This document shows positions 9,339 through 18,410 of a stretch of 64,000 nucleotides of DNA, piece after piece. Source of the DNA: a virus; the IMG/VR virus record IMGVR_UViG_3300028115_000004, positions 51,860-115,859 of that record, one strand, 5' to 3'. Each line of letters opens with the position of its first letter. Positions within the stretch are counted from its first letter, which is position 1. The translations under genes and the position numbers were made by a program. The notes beneath the pieces were generated by a model that was not told the origin of the DNA, made no database searches, and saw only the letters and a program-made list of their open reading frames with translations.

Positions 9339-10789
9339 TGATTATTGATAGATACATGATCCAAAATAGGGAAGACTTGTTCCTTAAGAACTTGATGAAC
9401 CCTATGTTTGGTGATCCCAAACCCTACAACAAACAAGACTTCTGGAAGCTCATTGATCACTGGAAGGCCTATCTTTCGAATGAGTATGGTCTTCGTAAGG
9501 GAAACGTGGTGGGATGGGGTGTCGCAAAGAACAACGTCAACTGTCATGCAATCCTGTTTGCAATTGCAGAACTTGGTGCACAGATTTTTCCTGCACACCT
9601 TGCATGGCATCCAGAGGCGGAAACCGACACTGTATCTACAACCCTACGTCCTGAGTTTGGATTCTGGGATAACGTCACCCTGAATATGTTAGAGGGTGCA
9701 CAGGGCAAGTTCTACGGAAAGTACCTTGATTATGAGATGATCAACATCGATGAGGTTGACATTGTAAACTATAATGAAGAGATGGCCAATGTGACTCCCG
9801 ATGTGTTTCCAGAAGACCCATTCTTCATTACCTACTCAGATGGTTTATGCGAAGATGGATTTGAATTCCAGTATTACACACACCAAGAGACATGGGGTTT
9901 AGCGCACCGCCACTATAAACTGTTCAATATGAAGGACACGATTGGTGTACATACGTTTAACTTCATGCACTGCATGTCCTTCATTACATACTCTCTTGCT
10001 GCTTACATGGGTTGTAAGGAACACTATGTCCTGAACTGGTGGGACAGGGTTGACCAGTGGAAGCCTGCCATGTTGAAGATGCTTCAAGAGGTATACAACA
10101 GACCAGAACGTAAAGTTATCTTCTTCAAGAATGAAGAGACTCTACGTCACAGTTTGTCAGTGATCGACGATACGGGTAAAGAGACGACTCGTTTCATTTG
10201 TCCTTACGGAGAATCTACGCAGTCTTTACATGATATTTGTCATGACTTTAATATTCGTGCTACCGTCCTATACGGAGAAACCCGTGCGAAGGCACTGACT
10301 CTTTTTGTTAAACCAATTAATCCTGACTCAAAGTTCATTGAGGATTCGATTGGATTTGTGCCAGACAACTACTACGAGTGCGTGTATAGTCCGCAGAAGG
10401 GCGTTATGTTTGTGCGTGGGTATCATGACTCAGTATACCGATCTTTCTCGTTTAGTGTAGAGAAGATGGAGACGGGTGAGTACATACATAAAGGCCTGCT
10501 CGAGAAACACCCCCATCAAAAACGTGTGGAGGAAATTCTAGGACACAGTGACTTCTTCTTACTGCGTAAGTATGGTGAGAGTTACCTTGCGGTCTATGAA
10601 GAACCTAAACCCGAACAGTATGAACTACTTGATATTTTGGGCTTGACACACATTGCAGTAATTGATAGAATGGCATACTGTTTGGAGAACAAACGTTATA
10701 GGGACTGGTTCGCATTGAAGAACCAGTTTTGGTATGGATTTGATTCTTATGAAGAAGGTAGAGTGAGGTATTATAATGGCGAAGGATAA
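9338..10789 (+). CDS. Divergent ANL/AMP-binding-fold protein (paralogue of 33996..35216)
   Basis: GLRKGNVV...AIAELGA (A2-like), YTHQE, LYGETR (A5-like); P-loop degenerate. Confidence 0.5.
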   Translation: MIIDRYMIQNREDLFLKNLMNPMFGDPKPYNKQDFWKLIDHWKAYLSNEYGLRKGNVVGWGVAKNNVNCHAILFAIAELGAQIFPAHLAWHPEAETDTVSTTLRPEFGFWDNVTLNMLEGAQGKFYGKYLDYEMINIDEVDIVNYNEEMANVTPDVFPEDPFFITYSDGLCEDGFEFQYYTHQETWGLAHRHYKLFNMKDTIGVHTFNFMHCMSFITYSLAAYMGCKEHYVLNWWDRVDQWKPAMLKMLQEVYNRPERKVIFFKNEETLRHSLSVIDDTGKETTRFICPYGESTQSLHDICHDFNIRATVLYGETRAKALTLFVKPINPDSKFIEDSIGFVPDNYYECVYSPQKGVMFVRGYHDSVYRSFSFSVEKMETGEYIHKGLLEKHPHQKRVEEILGHSDFFLLRKYGESYLAVYEEPKPEQYELLDILGLTHIAVIDRMAYCLENKRYRDWFALKNQFWYGFDSYEEGRVRYYNGEG

Positions 10790-11321
10790 GAAAAAGACTG
10801 GCAGTATTGATGACATTACGCCAGAACAATGGAATGAAATGAATCGTCTTCATCTTGAAGAGGTGCGAGACTCAAAAGAAAACGACAAAGTTGTGAATAT
10901 TGAGTATGACACGTGTAACGATATTGGGTTTCCGGAAGACACCTTTACTTTAAGTGTGGGTGACATTACGGCTGATTCCATTCCGTTCACACTACACACC
11001 GACGATACTGTGAGTTATACAATCAAAGAACCCATCAACTACAAGTTCAATGAAGGTGTGTTGATGGCAGAGTTCAAAGATTACATCGATTCGACTTACA
11101 GTGGTCACTATGGACAGGGTGGTTTACAGTCCTCTGAGATCATCGTAGATCGTGGTCATGGTATGGGTTTCTTCTCTGGCAATGTTGATAAATACAACGG
11201 ACGTTACGGTAAAAAAGGAGAAACGCCTGCAGACTATAGGAAGGACATTTTGAAGATCATTCATTATGGTTTCCTGATGCTGTACGAGCACGATAGAATT
11301 CATGGGAATACTACTGACTAA
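10776..11321 (+). CDS. DUF3310-like (T7 gp1.7-related) protein
   Basis: TYSGHY...GFFSGNVDKYNGRYGKKG...DILKIIHY. Confidence 0.6.
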   Translation: MAKDKKKTGSIDDITPEQWNEMNRLHLEEVRDSKENDKVVNIEYDTCNDIGFPEDTFTLSVGDITADSIPFTLHTDDTVSYTIKEPINYKFNEGVLMAEFKDYIDSTYSGHYGQGGLQSSEIIVDRGHGMGFFSGNVDKYNGRYGKKGETPADYRKDILKIIHYGFLMLYEHDRIHGNTTD

Positions 11322-12132
11322 TGGTGACAGTTTTACGTATGGGGATGAACTGCCGGGTTCTCGGACTTATGGAGAGGACGGTGAAACGGCTCTCTTCGAC
11401 TTAAATACACATCACCCCAAAACTTACACGTATAAACTAGCCAATCATCTTGGTGTTAACCACGTAAATTTGGCACATAACGGTTCTTCTAATCAAAAAA
11501 TTTTTAGAAGAACCACCGCTTTCCTGCAGAGAACTACCAAGAAAGTAGACTACATGGTAATCATGTGGTCTTCTTGGGGTAGGTTGGAAGTTTTCTCGCC
11601 CATTACCTATAAGAAAGATAATGAAATGTTCATTCAGGAAGAGTGTAATATGAATCAACTTATTCCGGATCACCATGATCGTGAACTCGGGTTTAATCTA
11701 AAAAACTGGCCTGAAGGTGGTGAGGTTGGTCAAGCGGTAGTAGATTGGTACACCAAAGTTTATACCATGTCGACTCCGATTCTACATCATCTCAACTACA
11801 TGTGTACTCTTCAACAGATCGCAGATTTAAAGGGTATCAAAATCATACAAACCGGAATTCATCATGGAAACTGGCAGAATGTGTTGAGTTGTATGAATAG
11901 AGCTAAGAATGATGATCGTTTCAAACCTTGGTTGGCAGAGATAGAATCTTGTTTTAGATACCTAAGACCGGAATGTAAGATAGGTTTTGGTGATAGACTA
12001 GATATGACATCTATTGCAGAGAGTCCAGATCACGAGGAATTTTTCATCTATCCCATGGGACATCCCTGCGAAGGAACACACACTTGGTATGCAGAGATGC
12101 TTTACAACGTATTTAAAGAGATGGAAGAATAA
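11302..12132 (+). CDS. SGNH/GDSL hydrolase-like protein
   Basis: GDSFTYG, NLAHNGSSN, C-terminal GHP. Confidence 0.7.
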   Translation: MGILLTNGDSFTYGDELPGSRTYGEDGETALFDLNTHHPKTYTYKLANHLGVNHVNLAHNGSSNQKIFRRTTAFLQRTTKKVDYMVIMWSSWGRLEVFSPITYKKDNEMFIQEECNMNQLIPDHHDRELGFNLKNWPEGGEVGQAVVDWYTKVYTMSTPILHHLNYMCTLQQIADLKGIKIIQTGIHHGNWQNVLSCMNRAKNDDRFKPWLAEIESCFRYLRPECKIGFGDRLDMTSIAESPDHEEFFIYPMGHPCEGTHTWYAEMLYNVFKEMEE

Positions 12133-12923
12133 TGTTATTGACCTGTGGTTGCAGTTTTGTTTGGGGAGATGAACTGGAAGGTTGTTACGATGACCCGCCA
12201 AATCATTGGAGACATACCTTTACCAGTCTCCTAGCTAAACGCTTGAGGGTGGATTATATCAATCTGGCCGCCTGTGGAAACGGAAACGATAAAATCTTTC
12301 GGGACGTTATGACCTATCTCACCGATCCGAATAGACGACAACCAACACACATGGTGATTCTCTGGTCTAGTTGGCAAAGAACTGAAATGGCCGAACCCGA
12401 CAATTCTCATCATGCGGGGAGAAATATCCAAAGGTTCGACTCAACATCACAGTTCTCACCTGAGAGAATCCACAACATACTTCCAAAGAAATGGGGTGCA
12501 GCTCACGCATGGTTTGATAGGGCATATGATGTCAGAACCGATATCTTGAGACAACTTCCTCTCATGATTGCCATGCAAGAAATCTGTGACCTACGAGGAA
12601 TCAAATTGATTCAAGGGGCATTCCACGATAGAATGATGGATAACATTATGTGGTCACTTAAGGGTGGTGATAGTGGTGATTTTGCGGCGTGGAATAAAAA
12701 GTTCGGTGATCTGTTTGGTAAGTTGCGAAGTGAGAGTAGAGTTGGTCTTGGTAAATATGAGACACTGAGATCAGTGAGCGAGAGGTTGAAAGACATCAAA
12801 CCTAACGCCCACCCTGGCGAAGCCTCCCACAGTGAATATGCGGGAATGCTTTATGGCATCTTTAACTCTTTTGAGATAATTCGACGATTCGACAAATCTG
12901 TTGTTTCTGATCATCAACCTTAA
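12132..12923 (+). CDS. SGNH/GDSL hydrolase-like protein (tandem paralogue)
   Basis: GCSFVWG, NLAACGNGNDKIFR, WSSWQR, HPGEASH. Confidence 0.7.
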   Translation: MLLTCGCSFVWGDELEGCYDDPPNHWRHTFTSLLAKRLRVDYINLAACGNGNDKIFRDVMTYLTDPNRRQPTHMVILWSSWQRTEMAEPDNSHHAGRNIQRFDSTSQFSPERIHNILPKKWGAAHAWFDRAYDVRTDILRQLPLMIAMQEICDLRGIKLIQGAFHDRMMDNIMWSLKGGDSGDFAAWNKKFGDLFGKLRSESRVGLGKYETLRSVSERLKDIKPNAHPGEASHSEYAGMLYGIFNSFEIIRRFDKSVVSDHQP

Positions 12924-12988
12924 CTGAGAGACGACCATCAACCCTCATGCTAGTCGTGAGATTCGTAAATTTATAGAGAGGTATATCA

Positions 12989-13288
12989 ATGAGCACGAAT
13001 AACCCAAACGCAATCTTTGATCTAGAACAACAGATTATGGAATGTTGGAATATTATTGAAGATATTGATTTGATAACAACACACTTTGTCGATTCGACTG
13101 AATGGGCGGGAGATCATTTTAGTCCTAAGGCCTGTGATGCGATGATGAACAAGTACTTTGGTCTTAAAGAACTTTATGCTCTCAAATTCGAAAGGGTGTG
13201 GGATACCTTCGAAGACGTATGTAAAGAATACCACAGACGGGGAATGGAATTGAAGGACTTAGACGCTACTTGTCCCGAACGGATATAG
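12989..13288 (+). CDS. Hypothetical protein
   Basis: GAGG RBS, 99 aa acidic helical ORF. Confidence 0.65.
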   Translation: MSTNNPNAIFDLEQQIMECWNIIEDIDLITTHFVDSTEWAGDHFSPKACDAMMNKYFGLKELYALKFERVWDTFEDVCKEYHRRGMELKDLDATCPERI

Positions 13289-13322
13289 TTTAAAAAACAC
13301 ACACTGTCAAGACAATGACATA

Positions 13323-13330
13323 TATAAATA
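13323..13330 (+). promoter_or_regulatory. T4-type late promoter
   Basis: Exact TATAAATA in the intergenic gap. Confidence 0.75.
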
Positions 13331-13365
13331 CCCATGAGGTCAAACAACTTTATGGGTATTTTTTT
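13326..13365 (+). terminator. Stem-loop (terminator and/or RBS-occluding) overlapping the late promoter
   Basis: AAATACCCAT-GAGGT / ACTTT-ATGGGTATTT 15-bp stem (2 G-U pairs), loop CAAACA, followed by TTTT then ATG. Confidence 0.7.
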
Positions 13366-13920
13366 ATGCGTTACATAATTAGTTTTTGGATGCTTGCGGT
13401 GATATTAGCATCTACGGGGGTTCATGCACAGGAAGAAAATCCTGTTGAACCAATTGTTACTGAGAGTACGGTAATCACATCGGGGAAGTCTGAGACAACA
13501 CTAAAGTCGCCCCCTGCGTCTGCCATCTCTCCTACGATCAACACGTCTAACTCTGACCTATGTACTTTCGGAGTTGCGGGTGCGGTTCAGACTCAGATAC
13601 TTGGTATCTCTATGGGATCACAAGTAACCGATGAGAACTGTGAGAGATTGAAACTGGCCAAGACTACCTTCGATATGGGTATGAAAGTGGCTGCGGTTTC
13701 CATCATGTGCCAAGACCCTCGTGTCTTTGACGCAATGATGAATGCGGGAACACCGTGTCCCTATGACGGTATGATCGGAATGGAAGCGAAGGCTGCATGG
13801 GAGACTAATCCCGAACTGATGCCTGGCGCACCAGAGAAAAAGGAAGAACTGAGTAATGAGAACAAGACATTACTGGGCGGGGCTGGCGTTGCTACTCTGC
13901 TCTTCTTACTCTTACTCTGA
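13366..13920 (+). CDS. Exported Cys-containing protein with C-terminal membrane anchor
   Basis: Signal peptide ending VHA/Q; C-GVAGAVQTQILGISMG-C hairpin; C-terminal LLGGAGVATLLFLLLL. Confidence 0.7.
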   Translation: MRYIISFWMLAVILASTGVHAQEENPVEPIVTESTVITSGKSETTLKSPPASAISPTINTSNSDLCTFGVAGAVQTQILGISMGSQVTDENCERLKLAKTTFDMGMKVAAVSIMCQDPRVFDAMMNAGTPCPYDGMIGMEAKAAWETNPELMPGAPEKKEELSNENKTLLGGAGVATLLFLLLL

Positions 13921-14722
13921 GGAAGTCTACCAGTCTTCGCCTAACGCAGCCAATGCGGGGTTGAATTGGGTGATGACCAATATCCTGCCTCAACAGGCGG
14001 GACTGACAGTGAATGGTGTAGTATATCGATACACTGCTGTCAAGGATGCGGATGCGGACATGTTAGTCCATGTCCAGAACGAAGATGCAATCAATGGGGG
14101 TTACATCTTTCGTGAGACAGATGATTGGTCTGGACTGCCTGGCAATACAATTAATAAACAGGTTCCAGTTGCCAACATACCCATACAGTTTTGGGGTGAC
14201 GGGTCGATTGAAGTAGAAGGGGAAGGAAGTGTTGAAAACCCTCTCGTAATCTACAATTATCGATACGACACTTGTTTTGGCGTTACGGATAATCCGGAAT
14301 GTCCTGGCTACATGCCACCCGTTGCGATGCCTGATTTGACAGTGACCGATCCTATGGATGAACAATACGTCAAGGATGAGTTGGAGAAGAAGGCAGAGTT
14401 AGACGAACAAGACGAAGAAGATCGTCAACGTCGAAGAATGATGTCGTCGTCGGAGGAGAAGGAGGACAAGAGACTGGCTGCAATATTGGGGATCGTCGAT
14501 AACTCATTGTTGGCTGCAGAGAGCATGCAGAAACATGAAGAATTGATGGCAATGCAGTACATACCCTCTAGTTACTATGTCGAACTCCCTGACACAAAGT
14601 ATGAAGAAACGGTTGTTCTGAAGGACGCTGATCTGCCTGACAATAGAAAGGCACGTAGACAGAGTGTTTCTCAACAACTCTTACATCAAGAGTTAGTAAA
14701 TCTACAGTATGAAAAGAAATAA
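13856..14722 (+). CDS. Exported protein: beta-rich N-domain, Cys pair, acidic coiled region (adhesin-like?)
   Basis: Signal peptide MRTRHYWAGLALLLCSSYSYS; DTCFGVTDNPECPGY. Confidence 0.6.
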   Translation: MRTRHYWAGLALLLCSSYSYSEEVYQSSPNAANAGLNWVMTNILPQQAGLTVNGVVYRYTAVKDADADMLVHVQNEDAINGGYIFRETDDWSGLPGNTINKQVPVANIPIQFWGDGSIEVEGEGSVENPLVIYNYRYDTCFGVTDNPECPGYMPPVAMPDLTVTDPMDEQYVKDELEKKAELDEQDEEDRQRRRMMSSSEEKEDKRLAAILGIVDNSLLAAESMQKHEELMAMQYIPSSYYVELPDTKYEETVVLKDADLPDNRKARRQSVSQQLLHQELVNLQYEKK

Positions 14723-14747
14723 CAATTATAAAAACTAGGAGCAAGAA

Positions 14748-15245
14748 ATGAATAAAGCACTTATCCCTGCGATCATGGGATTAACATTTGCTGCCGCTGT
14801 GGCTGCTGAGATTCCGATTACCGGAAACGTAGAGTCTAAGTGTATCGTTACTACTGACGCCAACGGTGTTTATGGTAACCCTACGCCTAGTCTTCTGAGT
14901 ACAACACAGGCAAACGGTGGTGTAGAACCTGTGGTTCGTTACGATGTAATTCAGGCGGACTACTACAAGGCGTTGATCAGTGTACCAGACGTTTTCACAG
15001 AAAGCCCTGCACTGAATGATGTTGTCAACTGGTCTGGTGACGTTACGGTTGGAGAAGTATCTGACCCTCTTATGTCTGCATACGACAATGACAAACGTCT
15101 ATATAACAATATTACGGAGATTGATTTGACCGTTGCGGGAAGCACATGGTTTAAGATTTCTTCTGAAGCAGATTACGGATACGACAAAGCGTTCCCTGCT
15201 GGACAATACCGTTCGGTTGTGACTGCGGAGTGTATCGCAAACTAA
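14748..15245 (+). CDS. Exported fimbrial/pilin-subunit-like protein
   Basis: Signal peptide AVAA/E; N-terminal IPITGNVESKC; C-terminal FPAGQYRSVVTAEC, as in chaperone-usher subunits; ~145 aa mature. Confidence 0.55.
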   Translation: MNKALIPAIMGLTFAAAVAAEIPITGNVESKCIVTTDANGVYGNPTPSLLSTTQANGGVEPVVRYDVIQADYYKALISVPDVFTESPALNDVVNWSGDVTVGEVSDPLMSAYDNDKRLYNNITEIDLTVAGSTWFKISSEADYGYDKAFPAGQYRSVVTAECIAN

Positions 15246-15254
15246 GGTGACTCT

Positions 15255-15629
15255 ATGCGTTATATCATGACATTGTTATTTCTTTCCCTGTGTGGGTCAG
15301 CAATGGCCCACCAGTGGACACCCACCTATCCGAAGTTAGAACCTTCGTATGTGAATGGTGCATTGAAAGCAACAATGACGTTATTCAATAGTAGACAGGA
15401 TGTTTCCTATTACGAGATCGGTGTATTTGACGCCGATATGAAACCCGTGAAGTTTGCGACTGCGGAACGAATCGTTCAAGTCGGGTATCTACGAAGAATG
15501 AAGATTGATGTCTTCATTCGTGAACAGGACAGAAACGTAGCTGTATACATCTGTTCGAAATCCAAATTATTGAAGGGTGAGGGTACAGCAACTCTTATCG
15601 CTTCTAGAATATGTTCGAAGATAAAATGA
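15255..15629 (+). CDS. Exported PapD-like (Ig-fold) pilus chaperone-like protein
   Basis: Signal peptide SAMA/H; WTPT..., MTLFNSRQDVSYYEIGVFD, IVQVGYLRRMKIDVFI; C-terminal Cys pair. Confidence 0.5.
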   Translation: MRYIMTLLFLSLCGSAMAHQWTPTYPKLEPSYVNGALKATMTLFNSRQDVSYYEIGVFDADMKPVKFATAERIVQVGYLRRMKIDVFIREQDRNVAVYICSKSKLLKGEGTATLIASRICSKIK

Positions 15630-16102
15630 AACCAAGTAGATTTCTGTTATTCATCATTCTGTACTTTTGTGTAGGTTTCTACTGTGGTGCAGTGTATGGA
15701 CAATCAAGTTCACTGAACCTCGCACTACCGCAATCGCCACAGAGTTTTCAATCCGACAGGGTAAGAGCAGGAGACCTAGAATGTTCTGCGGCCATTGGAT
15801 CGTCTACCAACGTGGAGTTTGGTGTGGTGGGTATTCTGAACCAGAATGATCCTTGGGATCAATACCGCAACACGATGAACGTCCAACCCATCGACGGTGG
15901 GTTTAATGGTCTGACATACAACGACAACTTCATGAGAGACGTTGGCGTGTATGCGAAGATCACCGTTCCTATTGGTGCACCGAAAGAACGTCTGAACTGT
16001 AACGCCCTGTACAAACTAGAATTAGAAAAGAAGAGACTAGAAGTCATGAAGTTAAAACAAGAATTAAATGCGCTTCGTAACTTACAGTTCGAGGAGAACT
16101 AA
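15626..16102 (+). CDS. Exported protein with amphipathic beta-hairpin and C-terminal coiled coil
   Basis: Signal-like N-terminus; C..NVEFGVVG...VGVYAKITVPIG..C; LYKLELEKKRLEVMKLKQEL. Confidence 0.6.
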   Translation: MKPSRFLLFIILYFCVGFYCGAVYGQSSSLNLALPQSPQSFQSDRVRAGDLECSAAIGSSTNVEFGVVGILNQNDPWDQYRNTMNVQPIDGGFNGLTYNDNFMRDVGVYAKITVPIGAPKERLNCNALYKLELEKKRLEVMKLKQELNALRNLQFEEN

Positions 16103-16599
16103 TGTCAGACGAAGATAAGACTACAATCGAATTTGGGGGAATGTCATTTACTGGTGGTAAGGCGTTTGCTCTGGTAACCGCACTCTCTACACTCGGTGGT
16201 GCCGCTTGGGGTGGTTTTGAAATCTACAAAGACTATATGGATATGAAAGAGATTATCCAGAACATAGATACCACAGAGATTGAGAACAGAAACCAACAGA
16301 TCGAAATCAAGATGGATGAGATGTTGGCGCAAGTGAATCAGGCCATCGACTACTCACGTAGTATCAAGAATGACCTGAGAGACGACTTCAACCGTATGGA
16401 AGCGAATGTAGACCGAATCGAAGATCAGTCCCGTGACCTAGAAACTGAGGTTGAGGATATGATTGATCGTGCAGATGAACGTTTTGATATGAAGCGTGAA
16501 TCATTACAGATGGACACTGATAAGAAGATTGAAGCACTGGAGAAGAGACTGAACGATAAGATTCAGACGTTCCTAGATAATCCTCTTGCCGATGGTTAA
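16102..16599 (+). CDS. Membrane-anchored coiled-coil protein
   Basis: Hydrophobic AFALVTALSTLGGAAWGGF followed by ~120 aa acidic heptads. Confidence 0.7.
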   Translation: MSDEDKTTIEFGGMSFTGGKAFALVTALSTLGGAAWGGFEIYKDYMDMKEIIQNIDTTEIENRNQQIEIKMDEMLAQVNQAIDYSRSIKNDLRDDFNRMEANVDRIEDQSRDLETEVEDMIDRADERFDMKRESLQMDTDKKIEALEKRLNDKIQTFLDNPLADG

Positions 16600-16616
16600 A
16601 TTAAGGCTTGACAGAT

Positions 16617-17000
16617 ATGAATTTTCGTGTTATACTAACAGCTATCTCTGTGGGGATGCTGATTACTGGATGTTCGCTAATCCCATCTCGGTGGGATGAC
16701 AACGAAGCAGCCGGAGTCACCGATCTCTACAACTCTATTGTCACTATGGATTGCACTCTTCAACCTGTACTTATAAAACGTATGGTAGAGGATATTGACA
16801 AGAAGCACACGTGGGTGTTACACTACACCCAACTCAAAGGTACAAAGGACATCGAAAGTCTTCTATTGAAGATGGATGATACTATTGATGGAATGGTCAA
16901 GCAGGAAAAGATCAACCCTGCTTATTGTAAAATCAAACAAAGACTACTCACTGAACAGTCAGAGGCAGTCGCTGCAACTATTATGGGAAGATTCAAATGA
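16617..17000 (+). CDS. Lipoprotein
   Basis: Lipobox-like ITGC after a hydrophobic signal peptide (MNFRVILTAISVGMLITGC). Confidence 0.7.
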   Translation: MNFRVILTAISVGMLITGCSLIPSRWDDNEAAGVTDLYNSIVTMDCTLQPVLIKRMVEDIDKKHTWVLHYTQLKGTKDIESLLLKMDDTIDGMVKQEKINPAYCKIKQRLLTEQSEAVAATIMGRFK

Positions 17001-17242
17001 ACGAACTTGAAGAACTAGAGTCAATTGTCGCTCTTGAAGATGAGGATTGGGAAGCATCCCGTCTTGCAGAAGTATTCATCGATATGGTCAAGTCCCGTGA
17101 AGCCGGTGAATTGACCGAAGCGGAGTTCACGGAACTCGTGGGTGACATGCGTCAGACTGAACTCATGTATGATGAGTCTGAGATGACCATTGCCAGACAA
17201 CGGTTAGTAAAAGTTGCCGAAACCCTCGCAAAATTTAGCTAA
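16997..17242 (+). CDS. Hypothetical acidic protein
   Basis: ATGA-coupled to the upstream gene. Confidence 0.65.
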   Translation: MNELEELESIVALEDEDWEASRLAEVFIDMVKSREAGELTEAEFTELVGDMRQTELMYDESEMTIARQRLVKVAETLAKFS

Positions 17243-17261
17243 AAAAACTTAAAATAATTTC

Positions 17262-17329
17262 AAAAAACGCTTGACAAACTTGTTTCGACTATGAGATAAT
17301 ACGTATGTTGTCTGGGGAGAGGTTCCCCA
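17262..17329 (+). promoter_or_regulatory. Early sigma70-type promoter with A-tract and downstream stem-loop
   Basis: AAAAAACGC TTGACA(17271) ... TGA GATAAT(17295); hairpin TGGGGA-GAGGT-TCCCCA at 17313-17329. Confidence 0.75.
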
Positions 17330-17356
17330 AACGCCTTAACTACGGAGAAATATATT

Positions 17357-18334
17357 ATGTCACATGAAGTTGAAACTATGGCCTACGCTGGTGCACTCCC
17401 TTGGCACGGTCTAGGTGTTGCGGTATCTAACGATCTGACTCCCCGTCAGATGATGCAGAAAGCTGGTCTTGATTGGACAGTCGAGAAGGTTCCTACCTAC
17501 GCACGTATCTATTCTGAGTTCGAAGGTGGAAGTCCTCTTGAAATCCCAACGGGTGTTGAAGCCCTTGTCCGTTCTTCGGACAACAAGGTTCTGACTCAGG
17601 TCGGTTCTGGTTGGAACCCTGTACAGAACGAGGAAGCGTTTGACTTCTTCGCAGAGTACTGTGCTGCGGGTGACATGGAAATGCACACCGCTGGTTCTCT
17701 GAAAGGTGGTCAGATGGTCTGGGCACTCGCCAAGATCAAGGAGTCTTTCGATATCCTTGGTGGTGACCAAGTTGACTCTTACCTTCTGTTCTCTAACCCT
17801 CACCAGTACGGTAAGTCGATTGACGTTCGGTTCACTCCGATCCGTGTTGTGTGTAACAATACTCTGACACTCTCTTTGGGTCAACAGGTTGCCAACTCTT
17901 GCAAACTGAACCACCGTTCAGAGTTCAACCCTGAGAAGGTGAAGGAAGCCCTTGGTATCGCACACGAGAAGTTTGCGAAGTACAAGGAGATGGCAGAGTT
18001 CCTGTCAACCAAGCGGTTCGACATGGAGTCTCTCATTCAGTACTACAACGAGGTGTTCCCACGTACCTATCAAGGTAAGAACCCTCCCGTAGTCAAGGAG
18101 TTCAAGGACTTGACCACCAATGGTCAGAAAGCGTTCGAACTTCTTGAGACGCAACCTGGCGCTGAGTTTGGGGAAGGTTCATGGTGGCAGGCACTCAACT
18201 CAGTGACCTACCTGACCGATCACAAGATGGGTCGAAGTGCGGATACCCGCCTCGCCTCTGCGTGGTTCGGATCGAACCAAACCCGCAAAGAACGTGCGGT
18301 TAACAAGGCAGTCGAGTTCGCAACGGCTGCCTAA
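17357..18334 (+). CDS. DUF932-family phage/plasmid protein
   Basis: PWHGLG, AGLDWTVEK, TAGSLKGG, TPIRVVCNNTL. Confidence 0.85.
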   Translation: MSHEVETMAYAGALPWHGLGVAVSNDLTPRQMMQKAGLDWTVEKVPTYARIYSEFEGGSPLEIPTGVEALVRSSDNKVLTQVGSGWNPVQNEEAFDFFAEYCAAGDMEMHTAGSLKGGQMVWALAKIKESFDILGGDQVDSYLLFSNPHQYGKSIDVRFTPIRVVCNNTLTLSLGQQVANSCKLNHRSEFNPEKVKEALGIAHEKFAKYKEMAEFLSTKRFDMESLIQYYNEVFPRTYQGKNPPVVKEFKDLTTNGQKAFELLETQPGAEFGEGSWWQALNSVTYLTDHKMGRSADTRLASAWFGSNQTRKERAVNKAVEFATAA

Positions 18335-18342
18335 CATAGAAC

Positions 18343-18368
18343 GGGGGGTTATAAGACCCCCCCTTTTT
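18343..18368 (+). terminator. Rho-independent terminator
   Basis: GGGGGGTT-ATAA-GACCCCCC hairpin followed by TTTTT. Confidence 0.8.
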
Positions 18369-18410
18369 ATGAAAAAATATTCTAAGAAATTTCACTTTTT
18401 TTCGCTTTTC

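Noticed and set aside
16608-16636. TTGACA-17-TATACT as the promoter of the lipoprotein gene
   Set aside because: It overlaps the signal-peptide coding region, so it cannot drive the full-length gene; may be chance or serve the downstream ORF
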